IMG/VR virus record: IMGVR_UViG_3300001472_000003
Span: 85,501-149,500 of that record
DNA length: 64,000 nucleotides
Reading direction: 5' to 3' (one strand)
Source of the DNA: a virus
Numbering within the stretch: the first letter of the stretch is position 1; every line of letters starts with the position of its first letter. The notes below the pieces were generated by a model that worked only from the letters and a program-made list of their open reading frames with translations, did not search any database and was not told the DNA's origin. Below are positions 9,644 through 19,684 of the stretch, piece by piece. The position numbers and the translations under genes are program-made.

Positions 9644-10297
9644 TTATGAAATTAGCGATTTCAGAAACTTATCAAACAGTTTGAGCGATTGCTCGTTGAG
9701 CTCTTTTACAGAACGATTACCTGTCTCCAGAATTTCTTCAACTACTTGTTGTGCTTTCCAACTTCCATCTATATTGATCCATTCTACACCTTCCATAATG
9801 CCCTTTACAAAGGCATCTGGCGCTGAAGGATCAGCAACGATATCAGCTGCTGTGGCAAGATGAAAATCACCTTGTACTTGCATGGTTCCATTTTTTTCTT
9901 TTAATGAACCCATTCCTCTTGAAGAGACTGCTAATTCGCAATCTTCCTTCATTAAATTTTTAACGATTGTGCCGTATGGTGTTTCCATTATTTTAGCTTT
10001 TCCAATAATATTTGACCCATCAGGCTTTAGAGAGGTTATTTTATGTGAAACTCTTTCTAAGTTAATGGTCGGTCCACTAGGATGCCCTAGTTCACCAAAG
10101 GCTCTATTTTTTAATACCATTTCTTTATTGTATCTGGCTGTCTCGTTCACCAACACTTCTGCTGGATACATCCTGCCATTACGATTTTTAATATCGCCTT
10201 GCATAAAGATACCTTCGATAAAAAAGCTTTTTTCACCTTGATCATTTTCTTCTTGAAGAACTTTTACATCTTCAACACGCTCAGTAAAAAGTTTCAT
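9644..10297 (-). CDS. gp21: Prohead protease
   Basis: IEGIFMQ, NRNGRMYP, GELGHP, VSSRGMGS and DPSAPDAFV motifs. Confidence 0.97.
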   Translation of the reverse strand: MKLFTERVEDVKVLQEENDQGEKSFFIEGIFMQGDIKNRNGRMYPAEVLVNETARYNKEMVLKNRAFGELGHPSGPTINLERVSHKITSLKPDGSNIIGKAKIMETPYGTIVKNLMKEDCELAVSSRGMGSLKEKNGTMQVQGDFHLATAADIVADPSAPDAFVKGIMEGVEWINIDGSWKAQQVVEEILETGNRSVKELNEQSLKLFDKFLKSLIS

Positions 10298-10306
10298 TAT
10301 ACTCTC

Positions 10307-10765
10307 CTATTGTATAACACTAGCAACGAAATCTAACATTTTATCAAATGATTCTTCGCTTTCTTCTAAATGATTAATAAAAATTTCTTTATTATCATCA
10401 GTCAATTCTTCTGCTACTGCTATTAATTTAGCTGCTGTCTCAGAGTCTACTTCAATTGTCTCGCCATTTTTAAATGTTAATTCTAAAGCTGAGTCTGATT
10501 CAGTAATTTGTTTTAATGATTCAATTATATTATCAGTTTCTAAATCATTATCTTCATATATTTTTGCATCATCACCTTCTTTGTAACTGGCTATTTTGGA
10601 GTCATCTTTTTTAAGATTTCTACCATTCATAATATCCCATATACTTTTACCATCTTTAAATGGTAGGTCTGTTGCACCAACAATATGTTTATCCTTAAAT
10701 TGTTTATCACCGGGGCTCTCAGGTTGAGACACCTCAGCAATTATATCTTTTAATAGTTTAGCCAT
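10307..10765 (-). CDS. Prohead core protein (gp68-like position)
   Basis: Acidic helical protein between gp20 and gp21. Confidence 0.55.
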   Translation of the reverse strand: MAKLLKDIIAEVSQPESPGDKQFKDKHIVGATDLPFKDGKSIWDIMNGRNLKKDDSKIASYKEGDDAKIYEDNDLETDNIIESLKQITESDSALELTFKNGETIEVDSETAAKLIAVAEELTDDNKEIFINHLEESEESFDKMLDFVASVIQ

Positions 10766-11129
10766 CAGTCTTTTCCTCCGACTCTTGGTCTTCTGTTGTT
10801 GGCTGATCTTCTACATCGTCAGATGATTCATCTTCATCATTCTCATCTTCATCAGTATCTTCTTCTTCAGATTCTTCTTCTGGTGCGTCTTCGATTTCTT
10901 CATCTTCTTCAACATCCAAATTATCTTCTTCTTCAGATTCATCTTCTATCTCATCTGAGTTTGCAAATTTATTCACAAACTCTGTTCTTTTACCAGCTAT
11001 AGTATCCCTAACACGGTCTAACATAGCATTGTTAAAATCATCTATTACTCCAACAGGTTTTGCATTAACTGCATTCTGTACTAACTTAAGAGCTTTTTCT
11101 GTATATTCAGCCATAATTAATTTCTCCAA
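10758..11129 (-). CDS. Prohead core protein gp67-like, highly acidic (true start probably 11114)
   Basis: D/E-rich C-terminal half; directly after portal; GGAG SD precedes the ATG at 11114. Confidence 0.65.
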   Translation of the reverse strand: MEKLIMAEYTEKALKLVQNAVNAKPVGVIDDFNNAMLDRVRDTIAGKRTEFVNKFANSDEIEDESEEEDNLDVEEDEEIEDAPEEESEEEDTDEDENDEDESSDDVEDQPTTEDQESEEKTDG

Positions 11130-11131
11130 AT

Positions 11132-11139
11132 TATTTATC
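11132..11139 (-). promoter_or_regulatory. Late promoter GATAAATA
   Basis: NATAAATA at the end of gp20. Confidence 0.65.
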
Positions 11140-12668
11140 TAATTCGATTGTGGTAAATCGTTTTCATTAGCATTTTCGTCAGGTTCTCCTTTAATTTCTT
11201 TATCAATAGCTGCAATTTCTTCACTATTGAAATTAAGAACATGTTTTTTAACGTATGCTTCAGAAAAATATTTACCTACATATTGATCAATATCATTAAG
11301 AGTTTGTAACCGTTCTCTTAATATTTCTGTCTTTTTTAATTCTGAAAAATGATTGTCAGAAACATAATCATATTTGATTTTATCTTTCATCATTTTCCAT
11401 TCTTCAATTGTCATTATACCTTTTAGAGAGACTTGTTTTTGCATTACATTATCAAAAATTTCTGTAAATTTTAAACGCAATCTACTAACAAATTTACTAA
11501 ATTTTAATTCGTCTCTAGAAATTTCGGATGCTCTACCAAGGCTAAATCCGGATTCCGGTTCTAATCTTGATACAGGAACACTTAATGATTTGTATAATTT
11601 CTTTTGAAAATATAACACATCATCCATTTCTCCAAGGTTCGTTCCACCAGGCAATGTTGTTATTTCAGTACTTCTACCACCTTCTCTTCTAGGCAACCAA
11701 AAGTCTTCTAACATTGTCATAAATTTACGATCATCACGCACTTCTCCAGTACCTGCATCATAAACTAATCTATTTTTATGTTTGGTCATCATATCTCTGA
11801 GATGCTGTTCTGCTTTCATTTTAGGCAAATTGCCAACATCTATATAAAATATTCTTCTTTCTGGTGCTCTTGATATTCTATATATAACTGCAGCATCTTC
11901 TAAAACCTGAAGTTGATTTAGAGGTTTTATTGCTTTATGTAAATGTCCTATAACTAATTTGTTATTTTCATCCATAATACCTGATGTTACATGGCATATA
12001 GAATCTTTAGCAATTTTCATACCACCTTTACCTGTTGATATACCTGGTTGCATATCAACGATTGTTTTTTTATTATTAAATCCTTTATCATTGAATATAA
12101 AATATTCATTTTTAATTTGTGATAATACCGCATTTTTATTCGCAGATTTTTTTTGAATTTCTTTTACTTTTCTTATTTTGCGAGGATCAATATATCTTAA
12201 TTCTTTAACACCTGCTTTAGTGTCTGATTCATCAATGATAATATGAAAGTATATTCTACCATCAATATACCATCGTCTAAATAAATCATATGCTTTAGAT
12301 TCCATTTTTAGTAATCTCATCATATGATCAAATTCATCTCTTACTTTCTTTTTAATTCCAGCAGAAAGATTAGTGAGGTCTAAATTAATATCAACAATTT
12401 TTTCATTTGTTGCATATACAATTGATTCATTAACAATGTCATCAACTGCTATTTCAACATCCGGATTCATAGACATTTTTCTATATCTAGAAACTAATTC
12501 TGCTTCATTTTTTGCTGCACCTTCTAAATCAACATATTGTCCATATGCACCACCTGCAGCAATAGACATAGCTCCGTCATCTTCTTCGGGAGCAACAAAG
12601 GATTTAAGTTGTTGTTGAGGTTGTTGTAAGTCTTTGCGTTTTATTTCAAAACCAAATAGTTCAGCCAT
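11139..12668 (-). CDS. gp20: Portal protein
   Basis: IYRISRAPERRIFYIDVGNLPK and MLEDFWLPRREGGRSTEITTLPGG. Confidence 0.99.
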   Translation of the reverse strand: MAELFGFEIKRKDLQQPQQQLKSFVAPEEDDGAMSIAAGGAYGQYVDLEGAAKNEAELVSRYRKMSMNPDVEIAVDDIVNESIVYATNEKIVDINLDLTNLSAGIKKKVRDEFDHMMRLLKMESKAYDLFRRWYIDGRIYFHIIIDESDTKAGVKELRYIDPRKIRKVKEIQKKSANKNAVLSQIKNEYFIFNDKGFNNKKTIVDMQPGISTGKGGMKIAKDSICHVTSGIMDENNKLVIGHLHKAIKPLNQLQVLEDAAVIYRISRAPERRIFYIDVGNLPKMKAEQHLRDMMTKHKNRLVYDAGTGEVRDDRKFMTMLEDFWLPRREGGRSTEITTLPGGTNLGEMDDVLYFQKKLYKSLSVPVSRLEPESGFSLGRASEISRDELKFSKFVSRLRLKFTEIFDNVMQKQVSLKGIMTIEEWKMMKDKIKYDYVSDNHFSELKKTEILRERLQTLNDIDQYVGKYFSEAYVKKHVLNFNSEEIAAIDKEIKGEPDENANENDLPQSN

Positions 12669-12687
12669 AATATCTCCTAAGTAGTTT

Positions 12688-12711
12688 AGAAGGGGTTTTT
12701 ATACCCCTTCT
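12688..12711 (-). terminator. Hairpin between gp19 and gp20 (terminator or 5' stabiliser)
   Basis: AGAAGGGGT/ACCCCTTCT 9-bp stem with no clear U-tract; late promoter GATAAATA at 12715-12722 just upstream. Confidence 0.55.
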
Positions 12712-12722
12712 TACTATTTATC

Positions 12723-13271
12723 TTATACTCCACCGGCGTTGCCAGTAGGTCCAGATACTGTCCAATAATCATATTGAAACTCAATCTGAAATTCTTCAAT
12801 TGCGTCGACAGTTTCCCAACTAACTTCAATTTCATTAATTAAGGTTGGAAACAATCCATTAAATTCATATGTTCTAATAGGATTGCCAGTTTTTGAATAC
12901 TGTACAACTTGTGCTTGTGCTTTATATAATCCAGGAGCAGAACCCCCAGTGTTTCTTATATTTCCTTCTAGAGAGTTAATAGAATTAACCCATTGCTCCA
13001 TAGCATTACGGATTAGGAAATCTTCGTCGTTTATTACTGTAACAGTCCATGGATTAAATGTTCTATCACCTGCTAGTCTAACTTTTCTTCCAAAGTATGG
13101 AACTTCGATTAAACCTAATGTTGATGCTGGTAATTGAGCTGTTTTAACCAAGAATGGTACTTTAAGATCAGCTGTAGCATTTGCTGGATTTTGAATAGTC
13201 ACTTGGAATAATGACTGTCTAGCTCCACCAAGGGCTAATTGAGATCTTATTTCGTTTATATTAAATGCCAT
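12723..13271 (-). CDS. gp19: Tail tube protein
   Basis: GGAR..LF, VPYFGRKVRLAGDRTF.PW, NDEDF.IR and IEEF.IEFQYDYW. Confidence 0.97.
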   Translation of the reverse strand: MAFNINEIRSQLALGGARQSLFQVTIQNPANATADLKVPFLVKTAQLPASTLGLIEVPYFGRKVRLAGDRTFNPWTVTVINDEDFLIRNAMEQWVNSINSLEGNIRNTGGSAPGLYKAQAQVVQYSKTGNPIRTYEFNGLFPTLINEIEVSWETVDAIEEFQIEFQYDYWTVSGPTGNAGGV

Positions 13272-13287
13272 TTCTCTCTCCTATCCC

Positions 13288-15204
13288 TTAGAACTTGCCA
13301 ATGATTTCGGAGAACTCAACACCTGTTCTAACTGCGACAAAGTTAAGTTGAATAAAGTTGATAGATTTTGCTGGCTTAATATAAATATCAGCTAGAAATT
13401 CATTTCTATCAATAACTTCACCAGTATTGTTTGTTCCATCACAAACTACTGCGAAGTCATATATCCCCCTTCTTCCTTGTACATCTCTTAGGAATGGTTC
13501 AACTAAATTTTTAAATTGTGCTCTAGTAAATTCATCATTCAATTCAAACAATGAAAACTTAGCAGCAGTAGCAATTGCTTTTTCAAGAACAATGAATAAT
13601 CTTCTTACATTGATTCTATCGAATGCACTTGGCTTACCTAATAATGTCTTATCTCCAAACAGGATTGTGCCCTGGCCAGGAAAGTTTACTATTGGGTTTA
13701 TGTCTGCTTTATAAAGCACGTCTCTATCTGCTTGTCTAGGATTATAAGGCAATTTAACAATGTTTTTAATAATACCTCTATTATAACCAGCTGGTGAAAA
13801 CCATGGATCTCTTAAATCATCAGTTCTTACTGCAAGTCCGGCTACATCACCGTTAAAAGGTACATATCTATATACATCATTATACTTATCATATTGATAT
13901 TTGTATCCTGAATCTAATACGGCATATGATGAAGCTGTTAATGAATTTCTAAATGCAACTGAATCTGTTGCTTCATCACCAGCATTATTAATTACATCAG
14001 CTCTATCTGGTGAGATAAATGCGACGCAATCTTTTCTTGACTCACAAATATTATCAATAATATAATTAGCTAAACCTGCATTATTAGTTCCATTAGTAGC
14101 TTTACCTTGTAATATCATTGATACATCAACATCTGCACCGTCTTTATATAAATCATAACCAACCGCTAAATCTGATAAAGATATTGATGATTCACTTACT
14201 GAATCAACTCCGCCTTGTAGACTAGTTGTTAATGGTGTTGTTGTTCCTAAAGCAGCCATATTAATTGCTGTATTAACATATGAAGCACCACCTCTATGAT
14301 TAATAGCATATATCCATGAGGATCTGTTATTAATCGCAGTGTTATAATAGATATAAGAGCCGTCTGGAGACTTTGCATCTGTGGCTCTTGATAATCCCTC
14401 AAAAACCTCTATGACTTGTCCAGTCGTGCCTGTTATAGACCCATCTTCATCAACAACAACTATATGAATCTCGTCTGCAGATCCACTTTTATTTGTAGTC
14501 CAAGCTGATGTAGCTGGTGCACCATTTACATTATTATAATATTCCCAATTTCTTATAGCATTGCCATTGAAGTCAGTACTTAATGTATATTTAGATGTGA
14601 ATGTTATAACTGATGTATTAACTGCAGATACTTTCATATCTTGAATACCAATTGTGCTGTTACCCACAGGAATGATATCACCTATATTTACTACAGTTGA
14701 TTCATCATCTGTTGTATTTGCTGTTGTACTACCAACACCAATCACAATTGTATTAGCTAATGCAGATGAAAAAGCAGAGGTAGTATCACATGTGGATACT
14801 TTAATACTGTTACCTAATGTGCCTGGATACTTTGCTGCAAAAGTCAAAGCTGACTCTGCAAATGTTCCATTTTCAAATGCGTCTTCGTTTTTTATGGCTA
14901 CCGCTGTTGCACCAGTGGCGGCCGCGTTTCTTGCGTTCGTATCAACAACTCTTGTTACATATAATGCATTACCATATGCTAAAAAGTTGGCTGCTGTAAA
15001 AAATGTTTCGAAGGTGCTATTATTAGGCTTACCGAATCTTGCAACTAATGCTGCTTCAGAATCGATAAGTACACGCTCTTCTACGCTCCCCCAGTTAAAA
15101 ACGCCTGCAATAGCGCCTTCAGTCGTTGAGACTGCTGGGACAACTGTAGTAAGATCGATCTCACTAACTTTTACACCTGGGCTAACTTGGAATCCCATCT
15201 TCAT
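13288..15204 (-). CDS. gp18: Tail sheath protein
   Basis: SPGV..SEIDLT, PWFSPAGYNRG and FDRINVRRLF. Confidence 0.98.
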   Translation of the reverse strand: MKMGFQVSPGVKVSEIDLTTVVPAVSTTEGAIAGVFNWGSVEERVLIDSEAALVARFGKPNNSTFETFFTAANFLAYGNALYVTRVVDTNARNAAATGATAVAIKNEDAFENGTFAESALTFAAKYPGTLGNSIKVSTCDTTSAFSSALANTIVIGVGSTTANTTDDESTVVNIGDIIPVGNSTIGIQDMKVSAVNTSVITFTSKYTLSTDFNGNAIRNWEYYNNVNGAPATSAWTTNKSGSADEIHIVVVDEDGSITGTTGQVIEVFEGLSRATDAKSPDGSYIYYNTAINNRSSWIYAINHRGGASYVNTAINMAALGTTTPLTTSLQGGVDSVSESSISLSDLAVGYDLYKDGADVDVSMILQGKATNGTNNAGLANYIIDNICESRKDCVAFISPDRADVINNAGDEATDSVAFRNSLTASSYAVLDSGYKYQYDKYNDVYRYVPFNGDVAGLAVRTDDLRDPWFSPAGYNRGIIKNIVKLPYNPRQADRDVLYKADINPIVNFPGQGTILFGDKTLLGKPSAFDRINVRRLFIVLEKAIATAAKFSLFELNDEFTRAQFKNLVEPFLRDVQGRRGIYDFAVVCDGTNNTGEVIDRNEFLADIYIKPAKSINFIQLNFVAVRTGVEFSEIIGKF

Positions 15205-15241
15205 GTCTCCTTTTAGTGTATAATCAAAAGAATTCTATACC

Positions 15242-15249
15242 TATTTATC
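15242..15249 (-). promoter_or_regulatory. Late promoter GATAAATA for gp18-gp19
   Basis: NATAAATA in the gp17-gp18 gap. Confidence 0.7.
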
Positions 15250-15260
15250 ATATTGAGTGA

Positions 15261-16892
15261 TTAGAAGACTCTATCGCCTGATTCCCAATCAATAACCTCA
15301 ATCCCACCTGATTCATTATGATAATCGTGTCCATCTGATATTATTCCAAATGGAGATACATCTTCTTCAATGTATCTTAAATTTTGTTGTTCTATATTTC
15401 TTCTTATATCTATGTTAGTTAGTTCTTTAAAGTATTCTTGATTAGCTAACCACCCAAATAATACCATACACATCATCAAATCATCATGGTAACCTTCTTC
15501 AGCTTGCCACGATTCACCCTTTGAAATAAATCTGGTCATTTCCTCTAATAAAGGATAATCAACAAATAATAATTTATTTCCTTCTATCAATGTTTTTAAT
15601 TGTAAACACCCAACTCTTTTAACTTGCTTTGTTGTTCTTACACCTAGGTATTGTTGGCCAATTCCACCAAAACCTGAACTTAATACCTGACCTGCTCTAC
15701 CTCTTGCAGCAGACATTAATATGTTAGGTGCTTCAAGATCAGATTGTAATACATTCGCAACTGCCATACCTATATCATTTGATTCAATTAATATATAGGC
15801 TTCATTATACATTTTTTGATATTCAAATATTATATTAGGATATACCATCGGTGCTATTTCATTATTTTGATAACATGCTACTACTCTATACGGAATCTCA
15901 GAAACATCTAATATTAAGAAAGCAGAATAGTCTCCCATTGTGCCTCTTGCAGTATCAACTACAATAGTATATATATGGTTTTCAATTGATTTTTCATATA
16001 TTCTCATATGATCATTTTGATGAATAGGATCTTTATATACAAGAGTTCTAAGTTTAGATGGACTTATTAATGTATTACTAGAACCTATAAACTCACATTC
16101 AAATTCAATACGAAATTGCTCTTCTGATGTGTTGCGTATTGTTTCTTCTTTCCATTTTTCATCTCTTCCTGGAACATCAGACCAATGCACATCTATTCTT
16201 TTGTAACTGTTTCTATTTTCTTCAGAATTAATCCATAATTTGTAAAATAAATTTAATCCATTAGGTGTCGATGTAACAAGTACTTTAGAACTTTGTCCTG
16301 AAGATATTGTTGGATATACTGATGAGAAAAATTCTTCTTGTATATGTGAGGGCACAAATGCAAATTCATCTAGATATATTAGATTGTAAGATCCACCACG
16401 AACTGAACTAGCTGAGGTTGAAGCAGCTAATATTTTTGATCCGTTTTCTAATTCTATATTACCTTTATTCCATTCGACTATACCTAACTGCAACCATCTT
16501 GGCAAATGTTCGAATGCTAATTGTATTCTTGATAATATATCTCTTGATTGAGCTGATTTGTGTGCTAATATTGCTATATTAAAATTTTCATGAAACATTG
16601 CATACCATAATAAAGTAGCACCAACAGTTGTTGTTTTGCCTGATTGTCTTGGCATTTTACATATAACAAATCTTTCATTATTAACAAGTTTGACTATTTC
16701 TTCCTGGAAATCATATAAATCAAAACTAACAAGACCATCATCAATGTTTACAATCTTAATATATTTTCTGATAAAATAAACGGGATTCTTAGAACACTTA
16801 ATAAATTCCTGAATTTGTTCTTCAGTAAACTCAACAGGAACATTGGCTCTTTTTAAATTTGGATTACCTAAGTAATTTTCTCTATCACTCAT
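15261..16892 (-). CDS. gp17: Terminase large subunit
   Basis: YLGNPNLK, PRQSGKTT, YLDEFAF, STPNG.N.FY and HDDLMM. Confidence 0.98.
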   Translation of the reverse strand: MSDRENYLGNPNLKRANVPVEFTEEQIQEFIKCSKNPVYFIRKYIKIVNIDDGLVSFDLYDFQEEIVKLVNNERFVICKMPRQSGKTTTVGATLLWYAMFHENFNIAILAHKSAQSRDILSRIQLAFEHLPRWLQLGIVEWNKGNIELENGSKILAASTSASSVRGGSYNLIYLDEFAFVPSHIQEEFFSSVYPTISSGQSSKVLVTSTPNGLNLFYKLWINSEENRNSYKRIDVHWSDVPGRDEKWKEETIRNTSEEQFRIEFECEFIGSSNTLISPSKLRTLVYKDPIHQNDHMRIYEKSIENHIYTIVVDTARGTMGDYSAFLILDVSEIPYRVVACYQNNEIAPMVYPNIIFEYQKMYNEAYILIESNDIGMAVANVLQSDLEAPNILMSAARGRAGQVLSSGFGGIGQQYLGVRTTKQVKRVGCLQLKTLIEGNKLLFVDYPLLEEMTRFISKGESWQAEEGYHDDLMMCMVLFGWLANQEYFKELTNIDIRRNIEQQNLRYIEEDVSPFGIISDGHDYHNESGGIEVIDWESGDRVF

Positions 16893-17283
16893 CAGATACT
16901 GTCTTTTTTATAAGTTTTTGTAGATCATTTGTACTCCCAACAAACAAATTATTGTTTATTGTTTTAGGTCCTTTTATACCATCTAAATCTTTTTTACGTT
17001 TTTGTAACTCCAATAGATCTTTATTGGCATCTGATAATGCTCTTACTAAAACAGCTGCAACCTCGTATGTTCTTGGGTGTTGACTTTGTTGTGCTAATTC
17101 AACAATACCGTTTAATGCATCTTGACCTCTTTCAATAATGCCATATAAATTTTCTCTTGCATATTGAAAATCATCATCAGATGAATTGGTAGATTGTTTT
17201 AACTTAGAACTTGCATCGTATAATTCAGTTTTAACATTATCTATATCATCAAGGTTTAATGCATCACTAATTTCTTTAGTCAT
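16885..17283 (-). CDS. gp16: Terminase small subunit
   Basis: DFQYARENL, HPRTYEV and NNNLFVGST..LQK. Confidence 0.93.
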   Translation of the reverse strand: MTKEISDALNLDDIDNVKTELYDASSKLKQSTNSSDDDFQYARENLYGIIERGQDALNGIVELAQQSQHPRTYEVAAVLVRALSDANKDLLELQKRKKDLDGIKGPKTINNNLFVGSTNDLQKLIKKTVSDE

Positions 17284-18115
17284 TATCTATATCCGTTCTT
17301 GCAATTATTATGCCTGAATTTGCTTCTATATCAATTAATGATCTATCTACAGTTATTGAAGCATTTGTTGTTGCATTATTATTTGCATCCATTCCTGGTG
17401 TTATCACAATACGGTCTCCGTCAATTGGATTTGCATTTGATGTATTGAATGCACTTGTAGTATTTATATCTTCAAATATATTAGTATTAGCAAGTGTAAT
17501 TATATTAGCATTAGATGAAATAGGTCCAAATAAATAACCTTTAACACTAAAATCTAGTTTATGGACAAGAGCTCTTCTTGTCTCAAAATCACCTTCATAT
17601 TGGTCATCAGTAGTAAATTGATTTAATATAACTGGTATATCAAAGGGATAGTCAAGATCTTCCATTAATTTCATAGATACTGTGTATTCTGGTGTAAAGA
17701 ATGGTATTATTTGTTCTATTATTCTTATTCCATCTTCTTCATTTTTTACCATAATACTTAATTCAAAGCTTATATCAAATGGTGTTGGGGTATAAACAGA
17801 TTTTATTTTGTTTATAGATCCTGGTGTAGCTTTTGCAAATTTGCGGGTTGGATTTAATCTGCGCGAAGCATCATATTGAAATCCTGTCATTTCAAAAGAC
17901 ATTCTTGGTAATTGTATTGCTACTTTTCTTCTAAGAGTTGGATCTTCCTGTGTTCTAACTAGGTATTTTTGAGATGGGCCATAATTAACAGGCACTCTTA
18001 ATGTTTGTTTAACTATACCATTTTGTTCTCTGTCTATCTCAATATCATTAAATAATGTGCCGAACATTACTATATACTTACGCAGGATACCATTATAGAA
18101 TTTTTGACCTAACAT
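17276..18115 (-). CDS. gp15: Tail sheath stabiliser / completion protein
   Basis: FGTLFNDI, VPVNYGP, LPRMSFE and IIEQIIPFFTP. Confidence 0.95.
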   Translation of the reverse strand: MLGQKFYNGILRKYIVMFGTLFNDIEIDREQNGIVKQTLRVPVNYGPSQKYLVRTQEDPTLRRKVAIQLPRMSFEMTGFQYDASRRLNPTRKFAKATPGSINKIKSVYTPTPFDISFELSIMVKNEEDGIRIIEQIIPFFTPEYTVSMKLMEDLDYPFDIPVILNQFTTDDQYEGDFETRRALVHKLDFSVKGYLFGPISSNANIITLANTNIFEDINTTSAFNTSNANPIDGDRIVITPGMDANNNATTNASITVDRSLIDIEANSGIIIARTDIDND

Positions 18116-18840
18116 TATTTAATTTCTCCGAACGGATTGGATTCACTAAAATCTATTATAGCTGCACCATCTAATTCAAACTCAGATGATCTATCTGTTT
18201 TATCTGTATCTCTTAGAGAAAATCCATCGTTAATAATTTCAACACCACTTTCGGTTACTAATTGTGTATTGGCTTCTGTGGTTATTGATATTTTATCTAA
18301 TGCATATGGAATAGATAATTTTTCTTCAATACCATCTATATCTCTAATGCCAGTGTTGAGTTGCTCATTGCTATACTCAAACAATTCACAAACAATATCA
18401 TACGTTTGAAGGGAACCCATTTGATAAAATATAGATTCGTGCTCAACATATTTAACTTCATATAATTTTTGGTTCATATTAAAGTGAATAAGATCACCTT
18501 CATGGGGTAAATTTTGAAATGTTGTCTGAGATATATCTTGCTCAAATCGTCTTTTGGCTATAGTAAATGTTATTCTATCTCTATATTCTAAACCAAATCT
18601 ACTAACAAAATCACCTTCGCCCTCAAACCCTTCGACATTCTTTATATAAACCTCAATTAAATATGTATCTTCAAACTTAGTTAATGTATCCTCATTAAAA
18701 ACATCATCTAAATCTACTACTGCTCTCGGTAAATAATAAACTTCATGACCATACATTTTAATTGATTCAATAATTAAATCTTCAATTAAAGTCTGTTCTG
18801 ATTGTGCATTAAAGTTATTAAAAAATACATTGGTAGGCAT
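18115..18840 (-). CDS. gp14: Neck protein
   Basis: EQ.LIEDLIIESIKMYG..VYYLPR, P.EGDLI and CELFEYS.E. Confidence 0.95.
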   Translation of the reverse strand: MPTNVFFNNFNAQSEQTLIEDLIIESIKMYGHEVYYLPRAVVDLDDVFNEDTLTKFEDTYLIEVYIKNVEGFEGEGDFVSRFGLEYRDRITFTIAKRRFEQDISQTTFQNLPHEGDLIHFNMNQKLYEVKYVEHESIFYQMGSLQTYDIVCELFEYSNEQLNTGIRDIDGIEEKLSIPYALDKISITTEANTQLVTESGVEIINDGFSLRDTDKTDRSSEFELDGAAIIDFSESNPFGEIK

Positions 18841-18844
18841 ATAA

Positions 18845-19591
18845 TTATCCTATCATATCTGTCACTGGTAAACTATAAGCTGACATCATTTCTTCTTCAA
18901 GTCTTCTAATCTCTTCATTAGCATCTGCTAATATTTGTGCACCATTAAATGTTACTCCTCCAGGAAGTTGTAAACCTTCAAATTTTGTTAAATTAGAACC
19001 CCATTGATATTTAATCTTTGCTGTAGCATAATTTTGCAACCAACGATCTTTCCAAATATCAGCATATACAGATCCATCAACAACCTGATAAGCTTCAGCT
19101 ATTATGGTGTCTCCAACATTAACCTTATTCCAATCCATATCAATATGTAATTTATTCATATGCCTGTTATATCTTAATGGTTGTTTACCAACAAGAAGTT
19201 CTTCCATAAATTGTATATTTTGCATGTTCATATAATAAGAGGTTAACATATAATCATGTTTACTTAGATCGTATAAATCATTTAATGCGATTTGATATCT
19301 GATATTGAATAAATTATTTGTAGATAATCCATCACCAATATCAAATATATTAACTACGCCTATAATATTTTCTGGTACAGTTAAATACTTATTAGTTATG
19401 TCGTCTGATGTAACAGTAAATTTTGCAAATTCTTTTGAAGTTCCATCAAAATGATAATCTGCGTAATATGATAATGATTCATCTATCCTATCATCTATTT
19501 GGTCATCATCTACATTTATTTCAATAACTGGTTTACCTAATTTACGTAAACAAAATTCAGCGAATGTTGTTTTACTTGTTGGTTGTGCCAT
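18845..19591 (-). CDS. gp13: Neck protein
   Basis: CLRKLGKPVIEINVDDDQ, YHFDG and QWGSNLTKF.G.QLPGGV. Confidence 0.96.
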   Translation of the reverse strand: MAQPTSKTTFAEFCLRKLGKPVIEINVDDDQIDDRIDESLSYYADYHFDGTSKEFAKFTVTSDDITNKYLTVPENIIGVVNIFDIGDGLSTNNLFNIRYQIALNDLYDLSKHDYMLTSYYMNMQNIQFMEELLVGKQPLRYNRHMNKLHIDMDWNKVNVGDTIIAEAYQVVDGSVYADIWKDRWLQNYATAKIKYQWGSNLTKFEGLQLPGGVTFNGAQILADANEEIRRLEEEMMSAYSLPVTDMIG

Positions 19592-19603
19592 ATTTCATCT
19601 CCA

Positions 19604-19650
19604 ATAAAAAAGGGAAGTATATCTTACTACGTATTTATGCTTCCCTTATT
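19604..19650 (-). terminator. Terminator-like hairpin with the gp13 late promoter (CATAAATA, 19632-19639) starting in its 5' arm
   Basis: AAGGGAAGCATA...TATACTTCCCTT followed by a T-run, then GGAG SD and the gp13 ATG. Confidence 0.65.
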
Positions 19651-19684
19651 ATATAGATTTATAACGATTTATCCTGCAAATTGT

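Noticed and set aside
641-19591. Introns, inteins or homing endonucleases in gp46, uvsW, gp23, gp20 or gp17
   Set aside because: All ORFs are continuous and of normal length, with no splicing or LAGLIDADG/HNH/GIY-YIG motifs.
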